The position numbers and the translations under genes were made by a program. The notes under the pieces are model-generated. The model was not told the DNA's origin, ran no database searches, and saw only the letters and a program-made list of their open reading frames with translations. 64,000 nt of DNA from Perkinsela sp. CCAP 1560/9 (taxonomy: Eukaryota; Protista; Euglenozoa: Kinetoplastea): positions 29,013-93,012 of the forward strand of contig CBFFSA010000033.1 in the NCBI GenBank assembly GCA_965644495.1, in the 5' to 3' direction. Positions 58,801 through 64,000 of this stretch are shown here, one piece after another; positions within the stretch are counted from its first letter, which is position 1; each line of letters starts with the position of its first letter.

Positions 58801-61800
58801 ACAGCAGGAAAAACGAACAAGATCTGGCGTGCAATTCAAGGCGTGCATAATATCTGGCGTGCAATATCTGGCGTGCAATATCTGGCGTGCAGTATCTGGC
58901 GTGCATAATATCAACAACAGAATGTACTATTTTTGAAGCTTTGACTTGAAGCAAAAGCTAATCATAGTCGTAGACCTCCAACCCATTTTTCAGCCTGAAT
59001 ATATTGCCGCAATTGAGAAACTACTGCGTATGCAGAATATTTCTCTAACTCAAGCTGAAAGGCTTCTCGTGTTGGCGTATAATCTAGACCTGCCCTCTTT
59101 GCCAATGTTTTTAGTAGCTGTTTAGTCTCCTCGTGCAAGACCCCACAATCAGTAATCGCAATGCAACGGAAACTTTCGGGATCTAAGCCTTTCTCCTTCA
59201 CGTATTTATTATTCTTTCTGTCTTGGGCACTCTGGAGCAAGTCATTGCTACTTTGCTTTCGGTAGCTACTGCAACACGTATGAACTACGGTTAAATCGTA
59301 TAAAATTTCACCAACGTCGGGCCACAAGATCGCAAGGTCTGGTCCGGATCTGATTCTACGAGCTCGGCATGGGTGTTGTTCTGCTGCTTCTGGGGAAATT
59401 GAACATTTGCACTTAGTGCAGAAGAATGACGTGTGAATTCGTGGCTCGATTGCACAAGGGATATAAACTACCTAAATCAAAACTATACGATAGGGCATCG
59501 CGCCTGGCCGGCGCCACCACCCTCTCGCTACTAACTTTCCACCCCTTTCGCGTTATCAGGGTCTGCCTCGGCATAACAAAGTCGGCTGATTTTGTCCGCA
59601 GGGTTACTTTTCGTGCTCACGTACCGCGCATCTACGGCAATTCCTTGCTTTTTAATTACATTCAAAACCTTTTCAAGTTCGTCAGAAACGCCGGAAGATT
59701 TCGATATTTTCCTATTAAATTATCGAAGTAAAGCAAAAATTATCGAAGTAAAGTGAAGAAAATATTGTCCTAAGAATCTTCTTCTAAGAAATATTATATG
59801 AAATAACGAAACAAAAGTACATTACACGTAAACTTTATGCGTAAAAGTGCAGTATATGCTAAAGATGTATTCAAGATTGCACTGGTTGGTGCGTGCATGA
59901 AACACGTTAACCACTGCACACTTCCTAAAATTCTTTTCGTAAACTCTTAGAATTTCATTTTGTGTGAATATCGTACTTTGTAGAGATCCTATATAAAGTA
60001 TACGCCCATTCAGGGTAAGGTTTACAATAACTATCAAAACATATAGTTGCAGAATAGAATGATATCAACATTCGTTTTGTCGACCTATAATATAAACTTT
60101 TTTTTTTTTTTTTTTTGTATACTTTTTTGAGTGCAACACTCCAGCACTGCCGCATCTGCCAACGCGTGAAGTACGAACCTCGTTTTTTTTGTTTGCTCCA
60201 ATCGTCCAATTAAATTGTCATGCAGTTTTTACATGAAAATAAGCATGCAGGTCACTCACCCTAGTTGTTTAGTACCTTGTTATGTTTGGTACCGGGCAGT
60301 GCCGTAGTTCGATCAAAAAATGTTTTTTTTTTTCTTTTTTAATATCCTAAAAGAATATGACATTTTTTTTTTTTGATAACCTAATATATTATCCCATACC
60401 CCGCGCAGCAGGGAGCTGAGCGTCAAAGAAAAAAAAAACCTGTGTGGCAGTCACCCTAGTTGTGTAGTACCTTGTTATATTCGGTACCGGATGGTGCCAC
60501 AATCAAATCGAAACCGGACAGCAATAAAAGAATCTACAATGTGAAATGTAGAATAAGAAAACATGAAAATAAGCATGCAGGTCACTCACCCTAGTTGTTT
60601 AGTACCTTGTTATGTTTGGTACCAGGTGGTGATAGAATCCATTTCATAAGACAGCAGGAAAAAACAGCAGGAAAAACGAACAAGATCTGGCGTGCAATTC
60701 AAGGCGTGCATAATATCTGGCGTGCAATATCTGGCGTGCAATATCTGGCGTGCAGTATCTGGCGTGCATAATATCAACAACAGAATGTACTATTTTTGAA
60801 GCTTTGACTTGAAGCAAAAGCTAATCATAGTCGTAGACCTCCAACCCATTTTTCAGCCTGAATATATTGCCGCAATTGAGAAACTACTGCGTATGCAGAA
60901 TATTTCTCTAACTCAAGCTGAAAGGCTTCTCGTGTTGGCGTATAATCTAGACCTGCCCTCTTTGCCAATGTTTTTAGTAGCTGTTTAGTCTCCTCGTGCA
61001 AGACCCCACAATCAGTAATCGCAATGCAACGGAAACTTTCGGGATCTAAGCCTTTCTCCTTCACGTATTTATTATTCTTTCTGTCTTGGGCACTCTGGAG
61101 CAAGTCATTGCTACTTTGCTTTCGGTAGCTACTGCAACACGTATGAACTACGGTTAAATCGTATAAAATTTCACCAACGTCGGGCCACAAGATCGCAAGG
61201 TCTGGTCCGGATCTGATTCTACGAGCTCGGCATGGGTGTTGTTCTGCTGCTTCTGGGGAAATTGAACATTTGCACTTAGTGCAGAAGAATGACGTGTGAA
61301 TTCGTGGCTCGATTGCACAAGGGATATAAACTACCTAAATCAAAACTATACGATAGGGCATCGCGCCTGGCCGGCGCCACCACCCTCTCGCTACTAACTT
61401 TCCACCCCTTTCGCGTTATCAGGGTCTGCCTCGGCATAACAAAGTCGGCTGATTTTGTCCGCAGGGTTACTTTTCGTGCTCACGTACCGCGCATCTACGG
61501 CAATTCCTTGCTTTTTAATTACATTCAAAACCTTTTCAAGTTCGTCAGAAACGCCGGAAGATTTCGATATTTTCCTATTAAATTATCGAAGTAAAGCAAA
61601 AATTGAAGTAAAGTGAAGTATTGTCCTAAGAATCTTCTTCTAAGAAATATTATATGAAATAACGAAACAAAAGTACATTACACGTAAACTTTATGCGTAA
61701 AAGTGCAGTATATGCTAAAGATGTATTCAAGATTGCACTGGTTGGTGCGTGCATGAAACACGTTAACCACTGCACACTTCCTAAAATTCTTTTCGTAAAC

Positions 61801-64000
61801 TCTTAGAATTTCATTTTGTGTGAATATCGTACTTTGTAGAGATCCTATATAAAGTATACGCCCATTCAGGGTAAGGTTTACAATAACTATCAAAACATAT
61901 AGTTGCAGAATAGAATGATATCAACATTCGTTTTGTCGACCTATAATATAAACTTTTTTTTTTTTTTTTTTTGTATACTTTTTTGAGTGCAACACTCCAG
62001 CACTGCCGCATCTGCCAACGCGTGAAGTACGAACCTCGTTTTTTTTGTTTGCTCCAATCGTCCAATTAAATTGTCATGCAGTTTTTACATGAAAATAAGC
62101 ATGCAGGTCACTCACCCTAGTTGTTTAGTACCTTGTTATGTTTGGTACCGGGCAGTGCCGTAGTTCGATCAAAAAATGTTTTTTTTTTTCTTTTTTAATA
62201 TCCTAAAAGAATATGACATTTTTTTTTTTTGATAACCTAATATATTATCCCATACCCCGCGCAGCAGGGAGCTGAGCGTCAAAGAAAAAAAAAACCTGTG
62301 TGGCAGTCACCCTAGTTGTGTAGTACCTTGTTATATTCGGTACCGGATGGTGCCACAATCAAATCGAAACCGGACAGCAATAAAAGAATCTACAATGTGA
62401 AATGTAGAATAAGAAAACATGAAAATAAGCATGCAGGTCACTCACCCTAGTTGTTTAGTACCTTGTTATGTTTGGTACCAGGTGGTGATAGAATCCATTT
62501 CATAAGACAGCAGGAAAAAACAGCAGGAAAAACGAACAAGATCTGGCGTGCAATTCAAGGCGTGCATAATATCTGGCGTGCAATATCTGGCGTGCAATAT
62601 CTGGCGTGCAGTATCTGGCGTGCATAATATCAACAACAGAATGTACTATTTTTGAAGCTTTGACTTGAAGCAAAAGCTAATCATAGTCGTAGACCTCCAA
62701 CCCATTTTTCAGCCTGAATATATTGCCGCAATTGAGAAACTACTGCGTATGCAGAATATTTCTCTAACTCAAGCTGAAAGGCTTCTCGTGTTGGCGTATA
62801 ATCTAGACCTGCCCTCTTTGCCAATGTTTTTAGTAGCTGTTTAGTCTCCTCGTGCAAGACCCCACAATCAGTAATCGCAATGCAACGGAAACTTTCGGGA
62901 TCTAAGCCTTTCTCCTTCACGTATTTATTATTCTTTCTGTCTTGGGCACTCTGGAGCAAGTCATTGCTACTTTGCTTTCGGTAGCTACTGCAACACGTAT
63001 GAACTACGGTTAAATCGTATAAAATTTCACCAACGTCGGGCCACAAGATCGCAAGGTCTGGTCCGGATCTGATTCTACGAGCTCGGCATGGGTGTTGTTC
63101 TGCTGCTTCTGGGGAAATTGAACATTTGCACTTAGTGCAGAAGAATGACGTGTGAATTCGTGGCTCGATTGCACAAGGGATATAAACTACCTAAATCAAA
63201 ACTATACGATAGGGCATCGCGCCTGGCCGGCGCCACCACCCTCTCGCTACTAACTTTCCACCCCTTTCGCGTTATCAGGGTCTGCCTCGGCATAACAAAG
63301 TCGGCTGATTTTGTCCGCAGGGTTACTTTTCGTGCTCACGTACCGCGCATCTACGGCAATTCCTTGCTTTTTAATTACATTCAAAACCTTTTCAAGTTCG
63401 TCAGAAACGCCGGAAGATTTCGATATTTTCCTATTAAATTATCGAAGTAAAGCAAAAATTATCGAAGTAAAGTGAAGAAAATATTGTCCTAAGAATCTTC
63501 TTCTAAGAAATATTATATGAAATAACGAAACAAAAGTACATTACACGTAAACTTTATGCGTAAAAGTGCAGTATATGCTAAAGATGTATTCAAGATTGCA
63601 CTGGTTGGTGCGTGCATGAAACACGTTAACCACTGCACACTTCCTAAAATTCTTTTCGTAAACTCTTAGAATTTCATTTTGTGTGAATATCGTACTTTGT
63701 AGAGATCCTATATAAAGTATACGCCCATTCAGGGTAAGGTTTACAATAACTATCAAAACATATAGTTGCAGAATAGAATGATATCAACATTCGTTTTGTC
63801 GACCTATAATATAAACTTTTTTTTTTTTTTTTTTTGTATACTTTTTTGAGTGCAACACTCCAGCACTGCCGCATCTGCCAACGCGTGAAGTACGAACCTC
63901 GTTTTTTTTGTTTGCTCCAATCGTCCAATTAAATTGTCATGCAGTTTTTACATGAAAATAAGCATGCAGGTCACTCACCCTAGTTGTTTAGTACCTTGTT
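42933..64000. repeat. Tandem array: 629-bp basic unit (A+B+body), mostly as a ~1863-bp unit carrying a CRE 3' fragment; runs past the window end
   Basis: Spacings of 629 (43022/43651; 45513/46142) and ~1856-1863; two units carry an extra ~324-bp internal duplication. Confidence 0.95.
43927..45151 (-). mobile_element. 5'-truncated CRE A' copy inserted in repeat B with TSD ATATAAAC; first of 10 complete copies plus one partial
   Basis: TSD 43919-43926 / 45152-45159; nearly identical to 23068-24236; REL fragment ORFs at 44653, 47467, 49654, 51517, 53380, 55237, 57099, 58962, 60825, 62681. Confidence 0.93.

Noticed and set aside
43022-63928. Recurrent 71-, 84- and 101-aa ORFs in the array
   Set aside because: They cross element junctions or poly(A) tracts, mostly lack ATG starts and recur only because the DNA is repeated.

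Overview
A eukaryotic, almost certainly kinetoplastid/euglenozoan, retroelement cluster with no recognisable host gene. The taxon call rests on a 39-nt spliced-leader (SL)-like sequence, AATCTTTAACGATAAAGATACAGTTTCTGTACCTTGTTG, with the conserved ACAGTTTCTGTAC core. Contents: (1) about ten nested CRE-like RT + restriction-like-endonuclease (REL) non-LTR elements from several families; one is intact with SL, poly(A) and TSD (27013-31015) and two more can be rebuilt from their pieces; (2) two VIPER-like tyrosine-recombinase (YR) retrotransposons (gag, YR, RT/RNaseH), one complete with A1...B1-A2-B2 split direct repeats and a captured SL; (3) an RTE-like LINE with a (CAT)n tail and a SINE sharing its 3' end, plus a second SINE-like insert; (4) a Merlin-like non-autonomous DNA transposon; (5) a 21-kb tandem array from 42.8 kb to the window end, built from a 629-bp non-coding mini YR element, most units carrying a CRE 3' fragment. 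The most unusual signals are related 17-18-nt tandem repeats written at CRE insertion junctions (up to ~86 copies, possibly telomerase-like reiterative synthesis), direct sequence evidence that a YR element was copied from a trans-spliced RNA, circle-junction concatemers of the mini YR element, and a covarying ~45-60-nt RNA structure shared by unrelated LINE 3' ends.
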